A DNA stretch of 64,000 nt, from assembly GCA_963749265.1 (NCBI GenBank), contig CAVVML010000017.1, positions 32,465 through 96,464 of the forward strand, read 5' to 3'. Positions 12,713 to 24,362 of the stretch are shown one piece after another. Each line of letters opens with the position of its first letter. The stretch's first letter is position 1. The translations under genes were made by a program, and so were the position numbers. The notes beneath the pieces were generated by a model that did no database searches, had not been told where the DNA came from, and worked only from the letters and a program-made list of their open reading frames with translations. This DNA comes from an uncultured Acidobacteriota bacterium. GTDB lineage: Bacteria; Acidobacteriota; Thermoanaerobaculia; UBA5066; Gp7-AA6.

Positions 12713-15379
12713 ATGAGTCTCGAAGCCGGAACGAAGCTCGGTCCCTACGAGATCTCGGCGCCTGTCGGCGCCGGAGGGATGGGGGAGGTTTACCGGGCGA
12801 AGGACACGCGCCTGGGCCGCGACGTCGCGGTCAAGGTGCTGCCCGCGCACCTGTCGGCGAGCGCGGAGCTGCGGCAGCGGCTGGAGCGCGAGGCGAAGAC
12901 GATCTCGTCAGCTCTCGCACCCTCACATCTGCATGCTCCACGACGTCGGCCATCAGAACGGGACCGACTACCTGGTCATGGAGTTTCTGGAGGGCGAGAC
13001 GCTGGCGGATCGGCTGGCGAAGGGCGCGCTGCCGATGGAGCAGGCGCTGAAGATCGGCATCGAGACCGCGGGCGCCCTCGACGCCGCGCACAAGAGCGGC
13101 ATCGTCCACCGCGACCTGAAGCCCGGCAACATCATGCTGACGAAGTCGGGCGTGAAGCTCCTCGACTTCGGCCTGGCGAAGCTCGCGACTCCGGACAAGC
13201 AGGCCGTCTCGCAGGCCACGAGCATGCCGACGGCGCTGCAGCAGAGCCAGCCGCTGACGTCCCGCGGCACGATCCTCGGGACCTTCCAGTACATGGCGCC
13301 CGAGCAGCTCGAGGGCGGCGAGGCCGACGCGCGCAGCGACATCTTCGCGTTCGGCTGCGTCCTCTACGAGATGCTGACGGGCCAGAAGGCGTTCACCGGC
13401 AAGAGCCAGGCGAGCCTGATCTCCTCGATCATGGGCTCGGACCCGCCGCCGATCTCATCGATCCAGCCGATGATCCCGGCCTCCCTCGATCGGATCGTCA
13501 AGGGATGCATCGCGAAGGAGCCCGAACAGCGCTGGTCGACCGCGCACGACGTGATGCTGCAGCTGCAGTGGATCGCGGAGGGCGGCTCGATGGCGGGAGT
13601 GCCGGCGCCCGTCGTCGCGCGGCGCAAGAACCGCGAGAAGCTCTCGTGGGCCGTCGCGGCCGGCGGCCCTGCTCGCCGCCGCGGGACTCGCCTACGGCTA
13701 CGTCCGCCGCGCGCCGAAGCCGCCCGCGCTCATGCGATTCGACATCGCGACGCCGCCGGAGGTCACGACGATCGACGTTCCCCGGATCTCTCCCGACGGA
13801 AAGTATCCTCGCGTTCGACGCGACCGACACCGAAGGGAAGAGCCCGGATCTGGGTGCGGCCGCTGAACGCGCTCGAGGCGCAGCCCCTTCCCGGCACCGA
13901 GGGCGGGCGTCGGCCGTTCTGGTCGCCGGACAGCCGGTACATCGGATTCGTGGCCGACGGCGTCCTGAAGAAGGTCGACGTCACCGGAGGGCCTCCCACC
14001 AAGATCTGCGACGCGCCCGGAGCATCGGACGGGAGCTGGAGCCCGGAAGGCGTCATCCTCTTCGACGGCACGGGCGCCGATCCCATCTACCGCGTTCCGG
14101 CGGCGGGGGGGACGAAGGTCGGTCGCCGTCAAGCTCGACACGGCGAGGAAGGAGACGTCGGTCGGCTGGCCGGAGTTTCTTCCCGACGGCAAGCACTTCC
14201 TCTACCTGGTCGCCGGCGAGAAGCCCGAAGACAGCGCCTACTGGATCGGCTCGCTCGACTCCGACAAGAAGACGATGCTCGCCCCGGCGCAGACGCTCGT
14301 GACCTACGCGCCTCCCGGCTACCTCCTCTTCGTCCGCGACAAGACGCTCGTCGCCCAGCCCTTCGACGCGAAGGCTCTGAAGACGACGGGCGAGCCGATG
14401 CCGCTGGCCGAGAAGATCGGCACGGACAACGTCGGGCTGGCGCTCTTTTCGGTGTCGCGCAACGGAGTCCTCGCCTATCGGACGGGGGAGTCCGGCGGCC
14501 GGTTGCTCTGGAGGGATCGCGCCGGGCGAGAGCTCGAAACCGTGGGGGATCCGGGCAACTACGGAAACCCCGTCCTTTCTCCATCCGGCGACCGGCTCGC
14601 CTTCAATCTCGCCGACGCCCGGACCGGCAAGGTGGACGTGTGGATCCGCGACCTCGCGCGCGGCGTCAACTCCCGCTTCAGCCTCGGCCCCGGCAACAAC
14701 ATCCGGCCGCTGTGGTCCCCCGACGGCGGCCACGATCGTGTTCACGTCGGACCGCGACGGGAGCCTCGATCTCTACGAGAAGTCCACGCAGGGCCAGGGC
14801 GGGGAGAAGCTGCTCCTCAAGATCGGACGACGTGAAGTCCGCCTCCAGCTGGAGCCGCGACGGGCGCTACATCGCCTACAGCACCCAGGACCCGAAAGTC
14901 GAACTGGGACCTCTGGGCGCTGCCGACCTTCGGCGACCGGAAGCCCATGCCGATCCTCGTCGCGCCGTTCATCGAGATCCATCCCGTCGTTTTCGCCCGA
15001 CGGGCGCTTCGTCGCGTACACGTCGACCGAGTCCGGCCGCCCGGAGATCTACGTCCAGACATTCCCCGACGGCGCCGGGAGGTGGCAGGTCTCCAATTCC
15101 GGCGGCGGCGATCCGAGCTGGCGGGGCGACGGCAAGGAGCTCTTCTACCGGACTCCCGACCAGAAGCTCATGGCGGTCGAGATCCGGACCAGCCGGGGGC
15201 GACGTCCAGGCCGGCATCCCGCAGGCCCTCTTTCCGGTCGGCATCCGGCCGGGCAACGCGCGCAACAAGTACGCCGCTAGCGCCGACGGCCAGCGGTTTC
15301 TCTTCGACGCGCCGCTCGGCCGCGAGTCGATGAGCCCGACGACGGTGGTGCTGAACTGGCACGAGGCCTCGGGAAGTAG
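12713..15379 (+). CDS. K5: Ser/Thr protein kinase-TM-TolB-like propeller paralog, heavily frameshifted
   Basis: [41 protein letters not shown]… Kinase and propeller pieces are spread over 3 frames. Likely true end …LNW(F)ARGLGK TAG 15377-15379 in a shifted frame. Confidence 0.75.
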
Positions 15380-15423
15380 ACCGCTGACCGGAACCTGCCG
15401 AGCGCCGCTGGGGCCTCGCGGCC

Positions 15424-17713
15424 GTGACGGCGGCGCTCGGATGCTTCGCCCTGCTGGCCGTGCGTTCGTCCGCGGCTCCCGAACCGCGGGTGGGCGCGCT
15501 CCTGCTCGTCGCGGCCGCCCTGGAGTTGTTCCACGGCTTCCGGCGCTCGACCGAGGCGGGGCAGCGCGAGGCCTGGACGGGCGGCGCTGATCACGCTCCT
15601 CATGGGACTCCTGCTCCTGAATGCTCCGGACCTGGCCGTCAGGGGCGCTGGTCGTCTTCTTCGGCGGCGGGTTCGCGCTCGACGGGATCCGGCACGCGAA
15701 GCACGCGCTCGGCGCGCGAAAGGCCGGCCGCCCGTTCACGGCGCATGCCTGGGCGGCCCTCGGCAACTTCGCTCTCGCGGCGCTGCTCGCCGTGCTCGGC
15801 GGATGGGCGCCGGACTGGATGGTTCCGATCGCCGGCGCGCTCCGCATCTTCGGGACGGCCTGGGGCATCGCGATGGCTCCGGTCTTCGATGCGGCCGACA
15901 CGGGAGAGACGGTGGTTCGCGACCTCGGCCTCGAGGATCGGCCCGAAATCGCGGCGCTCGCGGAGCGGCTCGAGGCCGAGGAGGCCAGCCGCGCGCCGAT
16001 CGACCGGCACTGGATCTTCGTGCTGATCCTCACGCTCTTCGCGATCCACCTCGGGCGGATGGGATTCGACCGCACGGCCCTCGGCATCCTGGCGCCGGGT
16101 GTCGCCGTGATCGGCGATCTGTTCGTCGGGCTCGTCGTGGGATTCCTCATCGTGTTGCCGGGGCGCCTGGCTTTGCTCCGGCTGACCGGCCCGCTCGCTC
16201 GCCGAGCCGCCGACTGGCGCGCGGCGGCGAAGCCCTCCTGGCGGACGCGACTGGTGGATCGCTGGCTGACCCGGCGGCTTCGCGCCAACATTCGAATGCG
16301 CGACGCGCGCTACTCCTTCGCCGCCGCCGCCTCGCGCAGTCTGCGGGTCGGCCTGCCGGTGGCGGCGGTCTTCGCGGCCACGATCCCGGTCTGGGGCATG
16401 AGCTGGTACTTCGACACGGAGAACTGGGCGTCCGGCGTCTGGGACTCCTGGGCCGAGGAGCGCACCGACGTGTGGCGCGCGGCGATGACCTCCGCGACGG
16501 CCGAAGGCGAGCGCGCCGCCGGGCGGCCGGCGGACTTCGCCGTGGCGCCGGCCGGGACCGGAAACGACTTCGCGTTCGTGGTCGTCGGCGACACCGGAGA
16601 GGGCGACGCCTCGCAGCACGTGCTCCGCCGCTCGCTGCTCCACGCGGCCGCACAGCCCGAGGTGAAGTTCGTCATCGTCTCCTCCGACGTCGTCTATCCC
16701 TCCGGCGAGATGAAGGACTACGAGCGCAAGTTCTGGCTGCCCTTCATGGGGATCGAGAAGCCGGTCTACGCGATCCCGGGCAACCACGACTGGTACGACG
16801 CGCTCGAGGGCTTTGCCGTCGACCTTCTTCACGCCCGAGGCCGCGCGGCGGGCGCTGCGCGCACGCGCCGAGGCCGACCTCAAGCTCACGACGACCACCG
16901 ACGCCGAGGCCGACAGGCTCGTCGCCGAGGCGGCGCGGCTGCGCGCGGCGTACGGCGTGCCGACCGGATTCCAGCAGGCGCCCTATTTCCAGATCCAGAC
17001 TCCGGACTTCGCCCTGCTCGCGGTCGACACCGGCGTTCGCCGGGCGGTCGACGCGGCGCAGCTCGCCTGGCTCGAATCGGCGCTCGACGCCTCGCGCGGC
17101 AAGTTCACGATGGCGCTTCTCGGTCATCCGTTCTACGCCGTCGGCGCGTACCAGGGCGACGTCAACGAGGAATTCGCGGCGCTCCACCGCCTGCTGCGGG
17201 AGCGCGGAGTGTCTCTGGTCATGGCCGGCGACACGCACGATCTCGAGTACTACCGGGAGCCGGGCGCTCCGGGTCGCGCGGCCATGCATCACGTGGTGAA
17301 CGGCGGAGGCGGCGCCTATCTGAGCCTCGGCACCGCGCTCGCGAAGCCGGAGAGCATGCCCACGCCGGCGTGGGCGTTCTATCCCTCGACCGCGCCCATC
17401 GTCGGAAAGGTCGTGGCCAACAATCCGGCGTGGAAGCGCCCGGTCTGGTTCTGGGCGAGCCGGCTCGGCGGATGGCCGTGGTCGTCCGAGTGGCTCTCGG
17501 CCGCGTTCGACTACAACGTCGCGCCCTTCTTCCAGAGCTTCGTCGAGGTCCGCGTCGAGCCCTCGGCCGGCCGCGTCCGGCTCCTGCCCGTGGGGCGTTC
17601 ACGGGCGCCTGCGCTGGTCCGACCTCCAGACTTCCGACGGGCTGCGTCCCGAGGGAGTCGCGCCGGAGGCGCCGGTCGAGTGGTCCCTGCCGCTCGGAGC
17701 GCCGGCGAGCTGA
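15424..17713 (+). CDS. polytopic membrane protein fused to calcineurin-like metallophosphoesterase domain. Frameshifts near 15600, 16810, 17595.
   Basis: GTG start. At least 6 predicted TM helices (…[14 protein letters not shown]…, …[15 protein letters not shown]…). MPE motifs [50 protein letters not shown]-terminus …[10 protein letters not shown] then TGA 17711-17713 in a shifted frame. Confidence 0.7.
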
Positions 17714-17721
17714 GGGCCTCG

Positions 17722-19060
17722 ATGACCCGGGCTCCCGGTCCGCCGCGCCGCTTTCCGGGAGGCCACCTTCTCGCGATGCGGCGCGATCCGCTCGCCTTTC
17801 TGACGCGGCTGTCGCGCGAGTACGGAGACGTCGTCCGCTTCCGGCTCGGCCCGGTCGAGCTGCACCTGCTCAATCGGCCCGACTTCATCCGCGACCTTCT
17901 CGTGACCGACGCGGCGGCGTTCCACAAGGGACGCGGTCTCGAGCGCGCGAAGCGGCTGCTCGGCGAAGGGCTCCTGACGAGCGAAGATCCGGTGCATCTT
18001 CGCCAGCGGCGGATGATCCAGCCCGCGTTCCACCACGAGCGCATCGCGGGATACGGCGCAGTCATGGTCGAGCATGCGGAGCGCCTGGCGCATCGCTGGC
18101 AGGACGGCGAGACGCGGGACGTGTCGCTCGAGATGTCCCGGCTCACGCTGTCGATCGTCGGACGGACGCTTTTCGACGCCGACGTCGAATCGGAAGCCGA
18201 CGAGATCGGGGACGCCCTCACGACGGCGGTCACGCTCTTCGGCCGGACCGTCACGCTGCCGTACTTCCACATCCTCGACCGCTTGCCGATTCCCTCCAAC
18301 CGGCGCTTCGAGAGAGCGAAGGCGCGCATCGACGCGACGATCGCCCGGATGATCGCCGAACGGCGGCGAGCGCCGGCCGGGCGCTCGGATCTGTTGAGCC
18401 TTCTCATCGCGGCCTCGGACCCCGAAGGAGACGGCGGGAAGATGACCGACGCGCAGGTGCGCGACGAGGCGGTCACGATCTTTCTCGCCGGCCACGAGAC
18501 CACGGCCAACGCGCTGACCTGGACCTGGTACCTGCTGTCTCAGAATCCCGACGTCGAGGCGAAGCTCCACGGCGAGGTCGACGCGGTTCTGGGCGGCCGA
18601 GCGCCCGGCGTCGCAGATCTTCCGAAGCTCGCGTACACGGAGATGGTGCTCGCGGAGTCGATGCGCCTCTACCCGCCGGCCTGGATCATCGGCCGGCGGG
18701 CGCTCTCCGACTACGAGGTCGGCGGCTACGCCGTGCCGAAGCGCTCGATCGTCGTCGCGAGCCAGTGGGTGACGCACCGCGACCCGCGGTACTTCCCGGA
18801 TCCGGAGCGCTTCGATCCCGAGCGCTTTCGGCCGGAGGCGAAGGCCGCGCGGCCGAAGTTCTCCTATTTCCCGTTCGGCGGCGGCCCGCGGGTGTGCATC
18901 GGGGAGGGCTTCGCCTGGATGGAGGGTGTCCTGCTCCTCGCGACGCTGGCCCGGCGCTGGCGGCTGCGGCTCGAGCCCGGGCAGGTCGTCGCCCCGGCCC
19001 CCTCGATCACGCTCCGCCCGAAGCACGGCCTGCGGATGACTCCTCGAGCGGCGCCGCTAG
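17722..19060 (+). CDS. cytochrome P450 monooxygenase, frame-intact. Stop not found: it reads in-frame into K6.
   Basis: PGPP…FPGGHLL N-terminus, AGHETTA (I-helix), ESMRLYPP (ExxR), [16 protein letters not shown] heme-thiolate loop. No in-frame stop before the K6 ATG at 19102, so the 3' end is uncertain. Confidence 0.85.
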
Positions 19061-19101
19061 AGGGCCGCGTTGTATCCTTTGCCCGCCATTCGATTCCTCA
19101 A

Positions 19102-21696
19102 ATGAGCCTCACACCCGGCACCCGGCTGGGTCCCTACGAGATCCTCGCGCCGATCGGCGCAGGTGGCATGGGAGAGGTGTACCGGGCGAAGGATCCGCGA
19201 CTCGGGCGCGACGTCGCGATCAAGGTCCTGCCGGCCATCCTTTTCGCAGGACGCGGAGCGGCTGCGCCGCTTCGAGCAGGAGGCGCGGGCCGCGGGCGTC
19301 CTGAACCATCCCAACATCACGGCCGTTCACGACATCGGAACCCACGAGGGCGCGCCGTACGTCGTCCAGGAGCTGCTCGAAGGCGACACGCTGCGCTCGG
19401 TCCTCTCGGGCGGGCGCCTCCCGCAGCGCAAGACCATCGACTACGGCCTCCAGATCGTCCACGGCCTGGCGGCGGCGCACGAGAAGGGGATCGTGCACCG
19501 GGACCTGAAGCCCGAGAACGTCTTCGTGACGAACGACGGCCGCGTGAAGATCCTCGACTTCGGCCTCGCCAAGCTGACGCACACGGAGGAGCGCGGCCAG
19601 GCCACCAACCTGCCGACCGCGACCGCGGGCACGGAGCCCGGCGTCGTCATGGGCACGCTCGGTTACATGTCGCCCGAGCAGGTGCGCGGCAAACCGGCCG
19701 ACGCGCGCTCCGACATCTTCTCCTTCGGGGCGATCCTGTACGAGATGCTGTCCGGCCGGCGCGCGTTCCACGGCGACTCGGCGGCGGACACGATGTCGGC
19801 GATCCTGAAGGAGGATCCGCCGGATCTCTCCATCACCAACCAGAACATCCCGCCCGGCCTCGAGCGGATCGTCCGCCACTGCCTCGAGAAGAGCCCGGAG
19901 CAGCGCTTCCACTCCGCGCACGATGTCGCTTTCGATCTGGAGGCGCTGTCGGGCCTCTCCACGCCCCGGCTCGAGCCCTCGAAGTCGGCGCATTCCCGTC
20001 CGGCTTCCCTCGCGCCTGGTGGCGGCGGCCGTCCTCGCGGCCCTCGCGGTCGGGCTTTTCGCCGGCCGCCTGATCTGGAGCGCGGGCCCCGAATCCTCTC
20101 CGAGCTTCCACAGACTGACATTTCGCCGCGGGCCGGTCCGGAGCGCGCGCTTTGCCCCCGACGGAAGCACGGTCATCTATACGCGCCGCCTGGGACGGCG
20201 CTCCGAAGCCGGAGCTCTACTCGGTTCGCGTGGAGAGCCCCGAGTCCATGCGGCTCAGCCTCCCGAATCGATTGATCGAGGCGATCTCCCGCACGGGCGA
20301 GATGCTCGTGCTGGACCCGCTCCCCTCAGGGGTGGGGTACTCCATCACCGGCACTCTTTCGCAGGCGCCTCTGTCGGGCAGCGCGTCGCGAGAGTTGCTC
20401 GAGGATGTCGGAAGCGCCGATTGGTCCCCGGACGGAGCGAGTCTCGCCGTCGTACGCGCGCCCCAGTTCCGCTACCGACTCGAGTTTCCCGCCGGCAAGG
20501 TCCTCTACGAGACGACCGGCTACATCAGCCACCCGCGCGTCTCTCCGAAGGGAGACGCCGTCGCGTTTCTGGACCACCCGGTCCTCGGCGACGACCGCGG
20601 CTCGGTCGCGATCGTGGACCTCGCAGGAAAGAAAAGGACGCTGTCCGAGGGATGGGAAAGCGCACAGGGCCTGGCCTGGTCGGCCTCCGGCAAGGAGATC
20701 TGGTTCACGGCGACCCGCGCCGGCAACGCCCGCTCTGTCTACGCCGTGACGCCCGCGGGCCGCGAGCGCTCCGTGCTCGCAACGCCTGCAGGACTGTTGC
20801 TCCAGGACATCTCCCGGGACGGGCGCGTCCTCCTGGTCCAGGACAACGCGCGCGTCGGGTTCTACGCCGTGCTGTCCGGTGAAACCAGGGAGCGGGACCT
20901 CTCGGGTCTCGAATGGTCGTGGGGCCCGCGCCTGTCCGCGGACGAGAAGTCGGTCGTCTTCACGGAAATGGGGGAAGCCGGCCTCGCGGGTTATTCCGTC
21001 TACATGCGCAAGCTCGACGGGTCGGCGGCAGTGCGGCTGGGAGAGGGAACCGCAGTGGCGGCCTCGCCCGACGGGAAGTGGATCCTGACCCGCCGCATCC
21101 GAACGACACCGTCTACGTTCGTGCTCCTGCCGACCGGCGCCGGGCAGCCAAAGGCCTTCCCGAAGGACTCGATCGACCGGTCCACGGCGACAGGCTTCGC
21201 GGCGTTCCTTCCCGACGGCAAGCGCATCGCGTTCAACGGCAACGAGGCGGGAAAGCCCACACGCGTTTTCGTCCAGAGTCTCGACGGAGGCGCGGCGCGG
21301 CCCGTCACCCCGGAGGGAGTCTCCGCCAGGCTGGTCTCGCCGGACGGCAAGTTCCTGCTGACCGAGACTGCCGGGCAGGGGTTCGGCCTGGCACCCCTGG
21401 ACGGCGGCGGCCCCCCGGTGCCGATTCGCGGACTCGAGCCGAGCGACGACCCGCTGCGATGGGCCGCCGACGGCCGTTCGCTTTTCATCCGCAGCTCGGA
21501 AGACCTGTTCCCCGCGCGCGTCTACCGCCTGGATCTCGAGACGGGCCGCCGCGAGGTCTGGAAAGAGTTCATGCCCAGCGACCCAACCGGTATCACCGGC
21601 ATGGGCCCCAATTCGATCTCCGCGGACGGCAAGACCATCCTCTTCGCCTACAGCCACACCCTGAGCGATCTGTACGTCGCGGACGGCCTTCGGTGA
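19102..21696 (+). CDS. K6: Ser/Thr protein kinase with C-terminal beta-propeller of a different subfamily. At least 3 frameshifts.
   Basis: [31 protein letters not shown]. Kinase core in frame of ORF 19163-20275 ([19 protein letters not shown]). Propeller in ORF 20152-21696. Confidence 0.8.
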
Positions 21697-24362
21697 GTCT
21701 CGCCGCGGGAACGAAGCTGGGTCCCTACGAGATCCTGTCGCCGATCGGGGCGGGTGGGATGGGCGAGGTCTACAAGGCGCGGGACGCGCGGCTGGAGCGG
21801 ACGGTCGCCGTCAAGGTTCTGCCGCCGCATCTCTCGTCGAACCCGGAGCTGCGCCAGAGGTTCGAGCGGGAGGCGAAGACGATCTCCCAGATTTCGCACC
21901 CGCACATCTGCGCCCTCTACGACGTCAACCGCGAGGGCGAGACCGAGTACCTCGTCATGGAGTACCTCGAGGGCGAGACGCTCTCGGACCGGCTGGCGAA
22001 GGGCCCGCTGCCGCTCGAACAGACGCTGCGGTATGGAGTCGAGATCGCCGACGCTCTGGACAAGGCGCACCGGCAGGGGATCGTCCATCGCGACCTGAAG
22101 CCCGGCAACGTGATGCTGACGAAGTCCGGAGTGAAGCTGCTGGACTTCGGTCTCGCGAAGGCGATGGCGCCGGCGAGCCAGAAGAACAGCCTGACCTCGC
22201 TTCCGACGCAGCAGGGGCTGACGCAGGAGGGCACGATCCTCGGGACGTTCCAGTACATGGCGCCGGAGCAGCTGGAAGGCAAGGAAGCCGACGCGCGGAC
22301 GGACATCTTCGCGTTCGGCTGCGTGCTCTACGAGATGGCGACGGGGAAGAAGGCGTTCTCGGCCTCGAGCCAGGCGTCTCTAATCACGGCGATCATGTCG
22401 AGCGAGCCGGCGCCGATCTCCTCGGCGCAGCCGATGTCGCCTCCGGCGCTGGATCGTGTCGTCAAGACGTGCATGGCGAAGGACCCGGAGGACCGCTGGC
22501 AGAGCGCGGGCGACGCCGGCAAACAGCTGAGGTGGCTGGCCGAAGGGTCGCAGTCCGGAGCCGGGCTACCCGTACCCGTACCCGTACCCGTCCCGGCCGC
22601 GGCCCGCCGCGTTCGCGGAGCCCTGGTCTGGAGTGGGCTGGGACTTCTCATCGGTGCGGCCCTCGCGACGATTCTTCTGCGCCGCGGCCCGGGCGCAGCC
22701 GTACTCGCGGGCTCTCCTCTTCGCCTCGAGCTCGACCTGGCGCCAACCGAGAGGCTCCTGACCGGGTCGATCTACAGCGGCGTCACGCTGAGGCTCGCGC
22801 CGGACGGCCGGGCCATCGTGTACGTCGCCCGCAAGGGCGCGACCACCGAGCTTCGGTATCGAAACCTCGAAACGGGCGAGTCGCGGTCCATCCCCGGAAC
22901 GGTCGGGGCCCTGGACCCGTTCTTCTCGCCGGATGGACGCTGGGTCGGATTCCAGCAGGGAGTCGCGCTTCGCCGAGTCGCTCTCTCCGGCGGGACACCG
23001 CTCGACGTCGCCGACAAGGCGGCGGCGCGTGGCGGAGCCTGGGGCGCAGACGGGACGATCTACTTCACGACGGGACTCTACGCGGGCATCAGCCGCGTCT
23101 CCCAGGACGGCGGCGCCGTCGCTGCGATCACGGAGCTCGACAAGGCCGACGGCGAGAAGAGTCACCGGTGGCCCGTGCTCCTGCCGGGGGGCAAGGCGCT
23201 GATCTACGCGGCGCTGACGGGCCGGACGTGGGACGAGGCCCAGATCGTTCTCGAGCGGCTCGACACCGGAGAGCGCCGTGTCCTGATCCGCGGTGGGACG
23301 AGCCCTCAGTACGCTCCGACGGGGCATCTCGTCTACGGGCGGGCACAGTCGCTGTTCGCCGTGCCCTTCGACCTCGAGCGCCTCGCGGTGACGGGCCAGC
23401 CGGTCGAGACGGCCCGCGACGTCTACATCGAGACGAGCGGCGCCGCCGATGCGGCGTTTGCGGCTTCGGGGCTGCTCGTCTACGTTCCGTCGAGCTCGAT
23501 CCAGAGCCGCCGCCTCCTGACGCGCGTCGACCGGCGCGGAGTCGGCGGACCCCTGAGCGACCGGCGGGAAGCGTTCGGCGATCCTGCGATCTCGCCGGAT
23601 GGCACCCGGATCGCGGTCATGTTCGATGCCGCCCTCTCGATCTTCGATGTGCCGAGACGAACGTTCACGCCGTTGACGTCCGGCCCCCGCGCCAACATCG
23701 CGGTCTGGACGCCGGACGGCAAGCGCGTGTTCTTCGCATCCGAGAAAAACGGGCCCTGGAACATCTTCTCGCGGCCGGCCGACGGAAGCGCTCCGGAGTC
23801 GGCTCTCTGGCCGAGCCCCGTCTACCAGGTTCCCGCCGACGTGTCTCCCGACGGCAAGAGCCTGCTCTTCGGGGGCAGCGATCCACCCGGCCTGAGGATT
23901 CGCGGTCTCGCCGACGACGCGTCCGCGCCGCCACGAGTAATCTCCACGTCGGAGGAGCGGATGGCGGGAGCCCGCTTCTCGCCGGATGGCCGGTGGGTCG
24001 CGTTCGCGGACACCTCGACGGGCCAGCCGGAGGTGTTCGTCGTCCCGGCCTCCGGCGGCGAGGGCAAGTGGCAGATTTCCAGTGAGGGCGGCGCGAAGCC
24101 TCGCTGGAATCGCTCGGGGACGGAGATCTTCTATCTCTCCGGCGAGAACCTGATGGCGGTGCCCGTTCGGACCGGACCCAGGTTCGAACCGGGCGTCCCG
24201 CATGTTCTGTTCTCCAAGCCGGACCTTCAGCACTTCGACGTCGAGCGCGACGGCGAGCACTTCGTTCTCGTCGAAGTGCCCGAAGCGATGCCGCGTGCGA
24301 GCCTCGGCGTCGTGGTCAACTGGTTCGCCGAGGTCGCCTCCAAGGCGGCTCCATCCCGATGA
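21693..24362 (+). CDS. K7: Ser/Thr protein kinase-TM-TolB-like beta-propeller, full length and frame-intact (889 aa)
   Basis: GTG 21693 overlaps the K6 stop (GTGA). Single uninterrupted frame. All Hanks motifs, a PVPVPVPVP linker, TM helix LVWSGLGLLIGAALATILL, multiple PD40 blades. Stop TGA 24360-24362. Confidence 0.9.
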   Translation: MSLAAGTKLGPYEILSPIGAGGMGEVYKARDARLERTVAVKVLPPHLSSNPELRQRFEREAKTISQISHPHICALYDVNREGETEYLVMEYLEGETLSDRLAKGPLPLEQTLRYGVEIADALDKAHRQGIVHRDLKPGNVMLTKSGVKLLDFGLAKAMAPASQKNSLTSLPTQQGLTQEGTILGTFQYMAPEQLEGKEADARTDIFAFGCVLYEMATGKKAFSASSQASLITAIMSSEPAPISSAQPMSPPALDRVVKTCMAKDPEDRWQSAGDAGKQLRWLAEGSQSGAGLPVPVPVPVPAAARRVRGALVWSGLGLLIGAALATILLRRGPGAAVLAGSPLRLELDLAPTERLLTGSIYSGVTLRLAPDGRAIVYVARKGATTELRYRNLETGESRSIPGTVGALDPFFSPDGRWVGFQQGVALRRVALSGGTPLDVADKAAARGGAWGADGTIYFTTGLYAGISRVSQDGGAVAAITELDKADGEKSHRWPVLLPGGKALIYAALTGRTWDEAQIVLERLDTGERRVLIRGGTSPQYAPTGHLVYGRAQSLFAVPFDLERLAVTGQPVETARDVYIETSGAADAAFAASGLLVYVPSSSIQSRRLLTRVDRRGVGGPLSDRREAFGDPAISPDGTRIAVMFDAALSIFDVPRRTFTPLTSGPRANIAVWTPDGKRVFFASEKNGPWNIFSRPADGSAPESALWPSPVYQVPADVSPDGKSLLFGGSDPPGLRIRGLADDASAPPRVISTSEERMAGARFSPDGRWVAFADTSTGQPEVFVVPASGGEGKWQISSEGGAKPRWNRSGTEIFYLSGENLMAVPVRTGPRFEPGVPHVLFSKPDLQHFDVERDGEHFVLVEVPEAMPRASLGVVVNWFAEVASKAAPSR
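22567..22595 (+). repeat. hexanucleotide microsatellite (TACCCG)x4.5 encoding a (PV)n linker in K7
   Basis: ctacccgtacccgtacccgtacccgtcccg read directly. Confidence 0.8.
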
